Assembly: GCA_964016885.1 (NCBI GenBank) | Contig: OZ024742.1 | Location: 256,990,001 to 257,054,000, forward strand | Reading direction: 5' to 3' | From: Eledone cirrhosa | Taxonomy: Eukaryota | DNA length: 64,000 nt | In this document: positions 11,390 through 24,238 of the stretch, piece after piece | How positions within the stretch are numbered: position 1 is the first letter of the stretch | Layout: each line of letters begins with the position of its first letter | Notes under the pieces: generated by a model | Databases searched by the model: none | What the model was told of the DNA's origin: nothing | What the model saw: the letters and a program-made list of their open reading frames with translations, nothing else | Position numbers and translations under genes: made by a program

Positions 11390-11849
11390 TTTCCGGATTT
11401 GCGTAGGTTAGTATATATGAAAAGTGTAATTTTCTACACAAAACGAAGGTTATAGAGAAAATTGAGGTTGGTAATGGCACATGGAATATATAAGAGACAG
11501 AATACTTTTTTGTGAAAAAACATAATTTTATAAGGTAAGGAAATAATAAAGGGTATAAAAATCCCTTTCTATCACGCTCCACTCTCCTACCCATCACAGG
11601 AAGCTATGTGTATGTATATTGCTTCCACCCCCTCACTGACCAGCAGCTGGCCAGTTGGTGATTGCTAAATCTGACGTTTATAAAATAACCCACACCCCAA
11701 ATAACTTCTCATTCACTACCAGAAAGGGACACAGCAGTCAACCTGTTGTTGCTACCTAGATGAAAACTGCTATGAAATCCCACAATGAATTTTATACTTG
11801 AATTTTCAAGTCTCAAATTTTAACTCTTCGTATTTTTCTTAATATTAAT

Positions 11850-11898
11850 CAACATTTGAAAAGATGGCTTTTGCAGACCCATCGAAACCGGTCATTTT
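11850..11898 (+). ncRNA. Hammerhead ribozyme in inverted pLTR
   Basis: TTGAAAA-GATGG...CCATC-GAAA-CCGG-TC-ATTTT. Confidence 0.78.
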
Positions 11899-12161
11899 TT
11901 ATACCCTTTATTATTTCCTTACCTTATAAAATTATGTTTTTTCACAAAAAAGTATTCTGTCTCTTATATATTCCATGTGCCATTACCAACCTCAATTTTC
12001 TCTCTCTCTCTCTATATATATATATAAATTTATTTATTTATTTTTTAAAATAACAGATTAACGTTTAAGCAAAGAAATGCTGCTTTCACCCTTAACGGCA
12101 TCTTCTTTTATGTATCCTTATCGAGCCCTCTTTGGATTTTAGTCTTCACAGTTATTATTAT

Positions 12162-12526
<365 letters not shown>

Positions 12527-14342
12527 CTTGAACTTGTTTGTAACTGAATCGTGCTCAAATACCAGATTTACAATATAATGGTTTCAAATCTAAACACAAG
12601 ACCATCAATTATGAAGTAAATAAAAGTCGTTTAAAATGACCCTACTTCTTCTCGGTCCTTAATTCTATCGTCTACGCAAGGCTGAAAGATTCAAATAACC
12701 TCGATGTTTATTTGAACACAGAATGTAGAAACTTGTAACCAAGTTTCGCAAAAACAATTATCCCATCTATAACATTTCTGTCAATCTACAGACTCTTCAA
12801 ATTTAAAATGTAATAAGATGCAGTTATATTTCACATAGTTTTCTACACTTGCATTGTCGTTAGAACAATGAATATTTATTCTGGCCGCCTGCGCTCTGAG
12901 TTAAAAGCCTTTCGAGTTCCGTTTTGGTTTTCATCAATTCGATGTCGATAAATATAATATCAACTTAGTATTAAGGGCGATTCAAATCCCCCTCTCTATT
13001 GTGTATTTCGGATGTGTTCTCTTGTTATGTCAGGGCCCTATTTTTCTGTTCTATTTCTATGTTTATTTTGCTTTTTTGATCGCCTCGGAATTATTAATTT
13101 TTTTTCACAGAATATTGAATAAATGTTCACTTAAATATTCTCAATTCTTTGAAAATACCTCAAAACATGACATTTTAAAATGGGTATATATTTTCTAAGC
13201 GTTAACTGCAGCCATTAATAAATATACAGATCACTCTCAAAATCTTATTATCAAATAAAAATCGACTATTTTCTACTGAAAAATATAATCAATATTTATT
13301 CTTTCTCTTTCCTTTTGGCCTAGTAATATAATTCAATTTTCTTTTTGTTGTTTTGGTAAAACAAACGCTGAATATGACATATACATCAGTTGCTTTATTG
13401 CAACTTTTATCGTCATCGGAGACGTAATGAGACAATCTTTCAAGAAATATAATCGTTAATTATCCCTGTCTTTATTTACTTTCTGACATCGCCTGCAACT
13501 TAGTTAATAATTGGTGGTTTACTGGTTTGATTTCATTATATTTCTTCCATTCAAATATGTCCAATGTTCTGCATTGTATAGAATATATTGAATAGAAATA
13601 TCCATTTCATTCTTTTGTCATGTTTCTGCAGCTTATATTGTAAACATTTCTCCATGCTCAATCAACATGTAAGGACAAGGTTATACAATATAAATGAGTT
13701 GTTCAACAATATTTAGTGATAGTGTTTGTTCGAATGTGTTGTGTTAAAGTTTAATTGTTGTGAATATACAACCAATGCATGAGGGATGGGAACTGGTACT
13801 GCGCTCATCAAAGCAAGATTGAACTGTCATGATTCGGAGTTAATCTAGATTAACAAATATAAGAAACAATACAAAGTTCTCGTCACAGATTCATGGTGTA
13901 CGAGTAGTATAATTTCATTGAAATAACATCCTACAATATTGGAAAATAAAAAAATCATGCATTGGAGAATATGGAGTTGAGTAATACAGATCTACTGTAT
14001 TATGTCAGTGTGGAAAAAGAACGGATATATACATCCATACCTTAATAAATATGATAAGCTATATATTACATAAAACCACATACTAACATACATCTGCTAT
14101 ACTGCACGAATACTAAACTATGTACACATGCTTTACTATTTCAAATGTATATATTTGATGTATTTCCCTTTGATATAATATGTTTACATAAAAAATGAGT
14201 TAACGAGCTATAATTTTAACGGTATTTTCAAACTCATCTTTGCCCCTGAGGGTCACGAATTTGATCCTCTTATAAGCTGGAGATATGGTCAATGTTGGGC
14301 TCTGAAACCTTAGGTAGCGCTTCTGATCCGCAAATGAACATA

Positions 14343-14423
<81 letters not shown>

Positions 14424-15575
14424 GTATAATAAACAATACAATATAATCACCTCATTACCAGAGGTTTCCCGAATAAGACGAATACGAAAGAAACGTCCTC
14501 ATTCGTTCGTCGGACGAGACAATATAAAACATAATGAAATATTTGGAAAGTCCCCTCAAGAAATGCAAAAAAAAAATATATATATATAAATAAAAGTAAT
14601 GCAATAGACAAAATATAGTTAGGTGTGTGTATATGTATGTATATACACTCACAGATTTACATATGTATGTATGTACAAATGCGTGTGTATGGTGAAAATG
14701 TGTGCGTAAATATATGTATGAGGGCAAGTATAACTGTGTGTATGTAACCACAAATACGGATATAATATGAGTGTCTGGTTGACACATATACAGAAATCAG
14801 GGTATTAGATACAATTATATGAATATGAAGGCACGCGTATAAACACACACACACACGCGTACACTTATATGCGGAAGAAAAAGATGTAAGGGAGTGTTTA
14901 TAGTTAAAAGAAAGTGTCATTCTCAATATATTTACAAAAATGGAACAATATATTAGAAAGAAAAAAAATTTAAATGAAAGAGAGAGTAGTCAATTAACAC
15001 TAGAGAAGAGAAAAGAAAAGAAAAGAAAAGAAAAGAAAACAAAAAAGGTACACGCGTACATACACATATATCTATAAGAAACATATATCTATAAAAAAAA
15101 TAAAAATATATATATATACACGCAATACGTGCAGACAAACGAGTATGCAAGCGTACATACACACACAGGATGCACATATATATATATACATACATATCGC
15201 TTACACGCACACACATAAAAATAAGAATGTAAAAAAACATAGATGTAAAAAACACAGATATAAAAACACACATACATACACATATATATATACACGCACG
15301 CACGCGCACATACGGAGGCGTTCGTGTACATATACAGAAAGTATACACACATAAAGACGCTCAGACAAATAGATACAGAGTGTAAAAACAGCCTTATGAA
15401 TAAGTGAGTACAAATATAAAAATATAAAATTGGCTGCGAAATAAAAGAAAATATCTGGGGTGGAAAACGCAAGTGACCTGTATAATCAGGTAGTAAAGAA
15501 AATAGTGAAGTAAAATGTGGAAAGTGAAGATATTAGGTAAGTGACTTACCAAATATTTCACTATGTTTTATATTG

Positions 15576-15645
15576 CCTCGTCCGACGAACGAATGAGGAC
15601 GTTTCTTTCGTATTCGTCTTATTCGGGAAACCTCTGGTAATGAGG
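15576..15645 (+). ncRNA. Hammerhead-like motif (core CCGACGA); mirror copy at 14450-14519 on - strand
   Basis: Stem I CCTCGT/ATGAGG, stem II CGAATGA-GACG/CGTC-TTATTCG, GAAA, stem III ACC tct GGT, triplet GUA. Confidence 0.7.
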
Positions 15646-15869
15646 TAATTATATTGTATTGTTTATTATACATTAAATTTTGCTCTGGTTCTTACATAGA
15701 GCACTCTTCACTCCTATGACTTTTTCAATTTTCAACGGAAACTTCAATACTTATACAGCTCCTAAGGAAATGATCCCAGCATATTCTACATTTTTATGAG
15801 ATTGGCACCTTCCAGCCCTTTTAAAGTCGACCACTCTTCAGTCAATAGGATTTTAAACCAATACTGAAC

Positions 15870-18025
15870 ATGGATAAATACCCTTTGGATTACTCTATGA
15901 AGAATATCCCAACACCTTCTAACACTTTCTACACGAAAATGCTGATAAACAAAGTAGAGAAATTTGTTAAAAGAATGAGATGGACAGCTTTGATTCTCGA
16001 TGGACAATTTAACACGGATTCTACGGAACATTTTGACATCAAAACTCATAAATACCCGCAAAGAGTAAAAGATATGACCGCTTTTGAACTAGACTTAGTT
16101 AATCTAATCAAAAATATCAATTTTCGTAAGTACTCTAACCCTTTTCAATCTAAACTATCTAATGACATTTCAATATTCAAATCTTCTAAAAATAAGTTCA
16201 TTTTCTCCGACAAAATTAAAAAAACCTATATGAAGTTAATAATAATTTACACGACCAACTATTAATAGATAATATCACCTCTAAATACCAAATAGCTAAT
16301 ATAAACACGTATCATAATATAAATAAGGAAGGTAAAGAATTAGCTGTTTCTTTAAAAATAGATAATAAGACAGAAACACTTGCTAAACGTAATGAATGTA
16401 TCACCCTTAAAGATCACAAACCTGACTTTATTAATCGTCCTAGTTGTAGATTAATCAACCCTGCTAAGACTGATATTGGTCTTTCCAGCCAAAAAAATTT
16501 AAATAATATAAACACACACATTAGAAGTAAGTCTAAATTACTCCAATGGATAAATAGCTCTTCTGTAGTACATTGGTTTAATAAAATTAAAGACAAAAAT
16601 AATTCTAGATTCACCCAATTTGACATTGTAGATTTCTACCCATCTATCACTCAGACTGTTTTAGCGAAAGCTTTAAATTTCGCTAGAAAGTTTACCAATA
16701 TCTCTGATATTGAAGAGAATGTCATCTTGCACGCTAGAAACACTCTACTCTTTACTGATAATGACACTTGGGTAAAAATATCTAACCCAGGGAGCCCATT
16801 CGATGTCTCAATGGGCTCTTTTGACAGTGATGATGTATGTGATTTAGTCGGCCTATTCCTGCTGCACACACTTAAAGAAACATTCCCTAACCATATTTTT
16901 GGGCTTTATCGCGACGATGGTCTAATACTTTTCCCATACCACCATAGGCCATAACTTAGATAGATTAAGGAAAGACTTAATAAAAACCTTTGCTAGTTTT
17001 AATCTTAAAATTACTATTGACACTAGCCTTTCCAATGTTAATTTCCTAGATATAAACCTAGATTTGCCTACTGCTTCTTATAAACCATACCATAAACCTA
17101 ATGAAAATATAAAATATATAAATAAAGGCTCTTGCCATCCTCCTATAGTTTTTAAAATCCTTATCCCTAATATTAGCCGTAGGATCTCCACCCTCTCTTC
17201 CTCAGAAGCTATTTTCAATAAGGCATCACCCTACTATAATAAAGCCCTCCAAAACAGCGGATTTAGCGAATCGATTAAATACATACCCAACTATACTAAC
17301 TCTATTAAACATAAAAACAGGAAAAGAAAAATAATCTGGTTCACACCCCCTACTTTCTAGCAGTTAAAACTAATGTAGGCAAAAGATTCCTAGAGCTCTT
17401 AGATAAACATTTCCCTAGAACACATAGATACTATAAGATCTTTAATAGAATATGTGTCAAAATTAGCTACTCATGCGGTCCCCCTAATAATTCTTATATC
17501 ATCAACAAAAAATCACCTAGAGAACATCAAAATTGCTCCTGTAGAATCAAAAGTGAATGCCCATTACAAGGTAAATGCAACACCAAAGCCATTGTATAAG
17601 CGGGTAAAATGACAGCCATCAGCAACAACCAACCAGCCACCAGTGAACGATATGTGGGTATGACGCAAGTCAAATTCAAAACGCGTTATTACTCACATGT
17701 CGCATCCTTTCGACATCCAGAAAAAAGATTCACAACAGCTCTGGCTAGCAGAATATGGGATTTGAAAGACCAAGGTATCCAATATAAATTGGATTGGTCA
17801 ATTTTGAACCAATCTAAAGAATATGCAAGAGGAACAAGAAATTGCACGCTCTGCATAAATGAAAGATATTGGATTTTGCAAAACCTTAAATCACCAAAGA
17901 CCTGCCTAAACACAAAGAAAGACATTTTCACCAGTTGCCCACACATGAAATCACACTTGCTTTCCAGCTCATATAAACTTAACACACTTTCAGATACTTA
18001 TCCTCACTTGAATTATTCTCTTTAA
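15870..18025 (+). pseudogene. PLE RT + GIY-YIG polyprotein with frameshifts and stops
   Basis: YSMKNIPTPS..KRMRW, CRLINPAK, FDIVDFYPSI, FDVSMGSFD..VCDLVG, GLYRDDGL, CSCRIKSECPLQGKC, YVGMTQVKFKTRYYSH, CTLC. Confidence 0.9.
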
Positions 18026-18629
18026 AGACTACTCTTTCTGATTTACTTTCATTTTTAACCTTATTATTAATTTTATTTTTATTTTTATTTTTATGTTTAT
18101 TTTTATTTTTATTTTTATTTTTATTTTTATTTTTATTTTTATTTTTATTTTTATTTTTATTTTTACTTCACAACCACCAGTAACCCCCTCCCCTTTATTC
18201 CCCGATTCACATACCTAATATCTTCACCTTCCACATTTTACTTCCCTATTTTCTTTACTACCTGATTATACAGGTCACTTGCGTTTTCCACTCCAGATAT
18301 TTTCTGTTATTTCGCAGCCAATTTTATAATTTTATATTTGTACTCACTTATTCATAAGGCTGTTTTTGCACCCTGTATCTATTTGTCTGAGCGTCTTTAT
18401 GCGTGTATACATTCTGTATATGTACACGAACGCCTCCGTATGTGCGCGTGCGTGCGTGTATATATATATATGTATGTGTGTTTTTATATCTGTGTTTTTT
18501 ACATCTATGTCTTTTTACATGCTTATTTGTACGTGTGTGCGTGTAAGCGGGTCAATGTGCGTGAATGTATGTATGTGTGTATGTGTGTGTATATGTGCTG
18601 CATGTATGGATGTGTATGTGTACGTACAT

Positions 18630-19338
18630 ATTTGTCTTAAAATAAGTCTTTTAAGACAAATATGTGTGTGTGTGTGTGTGTGTAATAAAGAGGTTCATTG
18701 TTGTGATAATGGTCAGTAGGGATGTGTGTGTGAATTGCAGTCATGTTGAAAAATCAACAGTTCAGGTGTCTATTAAGACAATTATGTGTGTGTGTGTGAG
18801 TGTGTGTGTGTGTGTGTATATATATGTCTTGGTGTATGTTAGTGTACTGACCATTATCACAACAATGAACCTCTTTACTACACACACACACACACATATT
18901 TGTCTTAAAAGACTTATTTTTCAGTGACTTCTCAATCAGGCGAAAAAGGGCACTCTTCGACAAACCTACATTTGACGCTAAATCAATTTTTAACAGTCAC
19001 GTGACCTCTACCGACCAAACAAAATTGTTTTGACTACAAGAATTTTTGCAACACGAATTGGCGCGAAACTTATAGTACTCATTCACGTGACATTCAACAA
19101 CCAACCAAATCTTAATACCTTTGGAGCCATTTTTTTCACATAAAACAGGTAGAATTTCCAAAACTGATCAGATTAGAGCAAACATCACGAGCGCTCTATC
19201 TCAAAATTATTTTTGAAAAGCATTAGAAATGCGCAACCGGTAAAAATTTAAAACTAAAACTGAATACTAACCAATACTTACTATTCATTTTTCTTAATCC
19301 TAATTAAACTATTTTTCACTGGGAAAAAATTGTCAGCA
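18630..19338 (+). mobile_element. Non-autonomous pLTR-type element with internal inverted repeat (18643-18718/18845-18920), E2F/E-box module and degenerate HHR (19209-19247)
   Basis: TTGAAAA-GCAT tagaa ATGC-GCAA-CCGG-TA-AAAAT; ends in (TA)n. Confidence 0.6.
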
Positions 19339-19354
19339 TTTTCTTTTCCTTTTA

Positions 19355-19440
<86 letters not shown>

Positions 19441-19444
<4 letters not shown>

Positions 19445-19601
19445 GACGGAACATAGGTCAATTGCATAAACTCATAATCCTTTATTTACTGCTATATATA
19501 TGTCGATGATAGCCATTGAATGGCTATGACCTCATCAGACAGTTAGTCAGTTCTTAGATATGCCAGCTCTGTGTTTATGGTGTTGATGGTATCAAAGCCT
19601 T

Positions 19602-19603
<2 letters not shown>
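19441..19603 (-). mobile_element. Short pLTR fragment with HHR (19488-19543, GAAA mutated to GACA); same family as 31200-31370
   Basis: Reverse complement matches 31211-31369; flanked by (TA)n on both sides. Confidence 0.8.
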
Positions 19604-19637
<34 letters not shown>

Positions 19638-19749
19638 TCCAGTTCCTCAGAGAAATAACAACACAACCAGGAGCTGGACATATCGATATATTGACGGAGT
19701 GAAACACACTTCAACAACATGTGTACCTCTCTTTCCCACACCAATTCGG

Positions 19750-19804
19750 ACTGCCTGAAAAGGTCACAACGAATGATGGCTGTCACCGAAATATATATAC
19801 CAGT
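19750..19804 (+). ncRNA. Degenerate hammerhead motif
   Basis: ACTG c CTGAAAA-GGTCACA...TGTCACC-GAAA-TATATA-TA-c CAGT. Confidence 0.55.
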
Positions 19805-19951
19805 ATATCTATAATTTATAATAATCGAAGCCAAATTTTACGTATTTGACTTAATTATTTTATATATATATATATATATTTGAAGAGAAAGAGTGAGAGA
19901 TAGATAGATAAATAGAGAGAGAGAGTGATACAGAGAGATATATATAGAGAG

Positions 19952-19982
<31 letters not shown>

Positions 19983-20436
19983 TCTGTGTATATGTGTGAG
20001 CCACTATGTGTATGTAAACATACCTTTAATTTGTAGACATGTAAACATGCCAGATGATACGAATTAACCTGTAAATTGGAAAACATTGGTAAACATTGAT
20101 AATCGACTTTCAGAACTATTTTGCTCCTCAACTAAACAAAAACACAAACACAAGTAAATATGTATTTGATGTGCTTATATACACATGCGGTCATAGTAAT
20201 ATTCTGATATGAGCTTACTAATTTGCATATAACTAGCACACGTTTTGGTTGTTAATTAAGCTATATATTAAGAACTATACTTAATCATGCAAACACAACA
20301 CCTGTGTTTTATTGCCTAAAATTCAAATACACATATCTCAGTGAGAAGACTGATAGATTATATCCCTGGATTTAATATCGTAATCTATAGTTTGACATGA
20401 GATATATCGCTTGCCAGATGGGGACTAATAAATAAT

Positions 20437-20626
20437 TGTTTCTACATTTGGCATAAGGCCAGCAAATACCCAGGGTATTACTGGTACTTTATTTCATCGA
20501 CCCCGTAAGGATGAAAGGCAAAGTTAACCTCGGCGGGATTTGAACTCAGATCATAAACGGCCGTAACTCTTTACTGCAAAGCAAGGCGTCCGACCGTCTA
20601 CCGATACTGCCAATCCACCGCCTTTG
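20437..20626 (-). mobile_element. Full-length tRNA-derived SINE with ~16-bp target-site duplication
   Basis: A box TGGCAGTATCGG, B box GAGTTCAAATCC, core GCCTTTCATCCTTACGGGGTCGAT, tail GTAGAAACAATT. TSD GGGACTAA(T/A)AAATAAT at 20421 and 20627. Confidence 0.88.
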
Positions 20627-21262
20627 GGGACTAAAAAATAATATTAGAATATTACAAAAGTGAGTCATAAAAAAAGAAACATTAATAAAACTCATATCTG
20701 TCTATTGCATTGGAATCACGTATCTGTTGCTAAGCGATAAACTCGATACATCCTCTGATATCTTAAAAGCGAAAAAGCTGCGTACGTTATAAGGGGACAC
20801 AACATATTTAGGTGAGGAGGAAGTTCGATTCCCGTTTTTTAGGATACCTTTATGTATCTTGAGCAAGTGACACTTTCACTATTCTTGGGAGTAAATTTAG
20901 GTTCAGAAAGACTGTTTGAAGCCTGTAAGATGGTTTGAAACACAAATCAAATGTTCACGTTTGTTACAAAGGTTTCACGTTGATACTTATGTTCGAATTA
21001 CATGCATTTTAACCAAATAAATATGTGCTACTTCATAAACGAAATAGGCATGGAAGAATTAAAACAATTGCAAATATGTCATGAGCTCTATTGACTGTTA
21101 GTTATGTCATAGATATAACCTTTTGTGGCCGACATAATCAGAAACGTCGTGATTTATTTGTGTGTGATATGTGCTTCCATCTTAAGGGTATATGTCCCCG
21201 ATTCTTCTATAGTGGTTATGTTTTTCAGTAACCTTTCAAAAAGCAATATATATATATATATA

Positions 21263-21329
<67 letters not shown>

Positions 21330-21330
<1 letters not shown>

Positions 21331-21514
21331 ACGAAGGAAGTGTGGTAAGGAACCAGGTGGACCATAACGCACCAGAGTACTCAATATTTAGAGTAGTAGA
21401 GTGAGTAATAGGAAAATGTTTAACCCCGACGGCAGACCTCAACCCGTTTCGACGGTTATTTCTGAAAATAGCCGTCGAAACGGCCTGAGCTCCGCAGTCG
21501 GAGTTAAACATTTT

Positions 21515-21517
<3 letters not shown>
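21330..21517 (-). mobile_element. Short TA-flanked fold-back element (palindrome 21409-21518); second copy at 37727-37910
   Basis: GTGGTAAGGAACCAG(G/A)TGGACCATAACGCACCAGAGTACTCAATA is shared by both copies; arms contain GAAA-CGG..CCG-TC. Confidence 0.8.
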
Positions 21518-21565
<48 letters not shown>

Positions 21566-24189
21566 ATTTTTGAAAGGTTACTGAAAAACATAGTCACTAT
21601 AATAGAATCGGGGACATAGCCCCTTAAGATGGAAGAACATATTGCAGACAAATAAATCACGACGTTAAAAATGGCAAATACAATCAGAACCTTCGAAGAT
21701 GAACTGGCGCAACATTTATTGTACTTATTCATAAACCAACCAATTATTTGGAAAATGAGGGTTTAATAATAGAGATGTCCCAAACGTAAGATTGAGGTGG
21801 AGGGTTTGTGTTTCTGTTGTGGTTTGTCTCGGTACGTGTTCAAAAGTTCTTTGTCTTATGCGGAAAGAGTGGCTCAAATTGCTGGGGTGGGGTGGGGGGG
21901 GCTTAAAGGAATTGGTTGGTTGATGACTATCACGAGAATAAGTACAATAAATTTTGCGCCATGTTAGAAGGTTCAAGTTAGAAGGTTCTTATTGTATCAC
22001 GATTGGGCATAAAATAAAGGTGACACAAAAGGATGGTTTGTCGGAAGGGTTTGTGCCTAACAAAGGATAATGGTCATCAGAGTGGCAGAGATAGTTCTGG
22101 TTTAGAGAGTATGGCTGATCTCATGCTGAAGTGTCAAAATTCAGTCTTTCTATTGAAATAAGTTGAATGTTGGCCTAATGCATTTGTTCCGACTCATTCT
22201 GCTATGAGTACAAATCCCTCAGTCTTCAACATTCCCCTTCAGATTTTGAGGTCAATAAATATGCTAACAATTGATTAATGGGTTCTTCTACCTCTGTATC
22301 ACTTTCTCACTTATGGTTTCTTTTAATTTTTCTCTTTTTTTCTTTTTATATTTCTCTCTTTCTTTCTTTCCCTCACACACCGAGTAATTCCGCGTCTGTA
22401 AAAGGACAGTCTTCAGTTAAATACGCAAGACTCGCTTAATATAACGATAGCGCTCCTACGACCCCATTGAGAGCTAAATAGGTATGGAAGCAATTATATT
22501 TATGTCCAATAGCAGGAATATATATTCCTAGAAATATTATAAATTTGATAATGTGTTCCAAACATTGTCATGTCAGTCATTACCGCAAAATCAAACAGAA
22601 AGAGATAATTTAAACGGTTTATACATATATTCAGTATTAACCAATATTTGCCTGTCATTATCAATCTCAATTCCCTCATAAATCAATAAATTCCAGTTAT
22701 TTCTAGGAACCATTACCTTTAAAATACACTTTAATGAAAAAACAATAAGATATTATTATAAAATGTGAATTCAATATTGTTTTCGAAACATTTACAGGCA
22801 TAACTATCTGATATATTTCGATTAGAATGATTACTCCCGTATTATACATAGCTCGATTACCCTACATCTAAAGACATATCTATTTCTTTAATATTTTATC
22901 ACTTGGTAATTAATCACGCATTTTAGGGAAAATCAATTTTAAGGAAATATCGATTACATTGATCTCATTATTTCAGGGGTATGCTATTTGATCATTGTTA
23001 CCTCGTAGTCCAGAAAACAGCCAAAATAATTACAGCTAGATATTCAATCCTGGCTCTAATGACTCTGATAATTCGCCTCCTCTTCTGTGGAAAATGTATC
23101 GAAATGACTTACAACAATTTTGAGGATGATCGTTCCAGTTGTTAGATCAACAGAACAAACATATGAAATTAACATGAAAATTGCTAAGAATTCCACAGAC
23201 ACGTGTATCTTTAACTTCATTCTCTAGGATATTCCGTCTGAATAAGAGATGCGGTCAATCTATCACGCTTCCAAACAGTTTCTATCCACCAAATGTCACA
23301 GTATAACTATTGTAAATTTTGCTAGATTATGATGTGAAGCTGTGAGATACAATCCAAGACCTAATGATTGCGAAATGAATGTCAACTATTTTGCTATCCT
23401 GCGTCATTCTCTCTATATATAGAGAACTACTGAAACTCACAGTTAAAATGCTCTATGGATTACATTTGCTCGTTAATCGTGTCATGTGACAAATTCAATG
23501 CCCGATTATTATTCAATTCAAAGTTGACAGTAATAATCGGAACTTTTCAAATCAATGCTTATTTATTAACTTTTGTATCACCTTTTTTATTATTGCCGTC
23601 ATCATAGTTGTCATTAATGTTATTGTTATTGTTACTGTAAATAATATCATGTTTATACAGCTTTCATCATAAGTAAATTGTTATTTCTTTTCGAACCTGA
23701 CCTCAACGCACTAAGCAAAAGTTAGCATGTCTTCACTCTATTCAATAATTTCGGATGAATAAGGAAACTACCTTCCTTCAGAGACAATACACGAATATAA
23801 ATTACAAAAATGGCTTATGTCAAACATTTTCATGGAATGAGATAATTATTTTATTTAATATTAATTTTTTGGTATTAATGCTTTTTTTTTTTTTTTCGCT
23901 TTGGATTTAAAGTAGGGTTATTTGTGTAGGGTTATCATGTGATCCTAGTTAATACGTAAGGTTGGGAATTCGAATGAACGGTGCATTATGTCCTTGACCA
24001 AGCCACTTTATATCACGTTGCTGCAGTCCACTAAGGTGGCAATAATTAGTCGTAACAATGTGTGTTTTACTATGTATTCTTATGTTTCAAAATGTGTAAA
24101 AGAGTTTAGGCTATCACTGAAAACAAGCAAACATATATACGCACGCCCACCCATACACACACACTCACAATCACACACACATAATTATG

Positions 24190-24234
<45 letters not shown>

Positions 24235-24238
<4 letters not shown>

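Larger units (their letters stand above)
6424..12006 (-). mobile_element. Penelope-like retroelement, Neptune-type, apparently young, inserted in (TA)n
   Basis: RT + GIY-YIG ORF. 3' pLTR 6424-6915, partial direct pLTR 11413-11562 and inverted pLTR 11559-12006 are nearly identical in sequence. TA arrays at both ends. Confidence 0.95.
14421..18550 (+). mobile_element. Penelope-like retroelement, probably Naiad-type, decayed; inverted pLTR 14421-15540, partial direct pLTR 15549-15674, truncated 3' pLTR 18212-18549
   Basis: 14421-14546 is the reverse complement of 15549-15674; 15198-15538 is the reverse complement of 18212-18549; left end in (TA)n. Clade assignment is from recalled motifs. Confidence 0.9.

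Noticed and set aside
15640-15700. Possible short intron (GAG|GTAATT...TTACATAG) just after the PLE hammerhead
   Set aside because: The spliced frame from the adjacent ATG stops before the RT ORF; no support without transcripts.
17530-17950. Possible selenocysteine-encoding Naiad PLE
   Set aside because: The Cys positions of CxCx5Cx5C, CxxC and the terminal CxH use TGC/TGT. The interruptions I checked are TAA/TAG or frameshifts, not in-frame TGA.
20560-20626. tRNA gene
   Set aside because: A and B boxes belong to a SINE head with TSD and SINE body; no complete cloverleaf.
21143-21665. Hammerhead in the outer inverted repeat arms
   Set aside because: CTGAAAA is present but there is no GAAA-stem III-UH arrangement; not counted.
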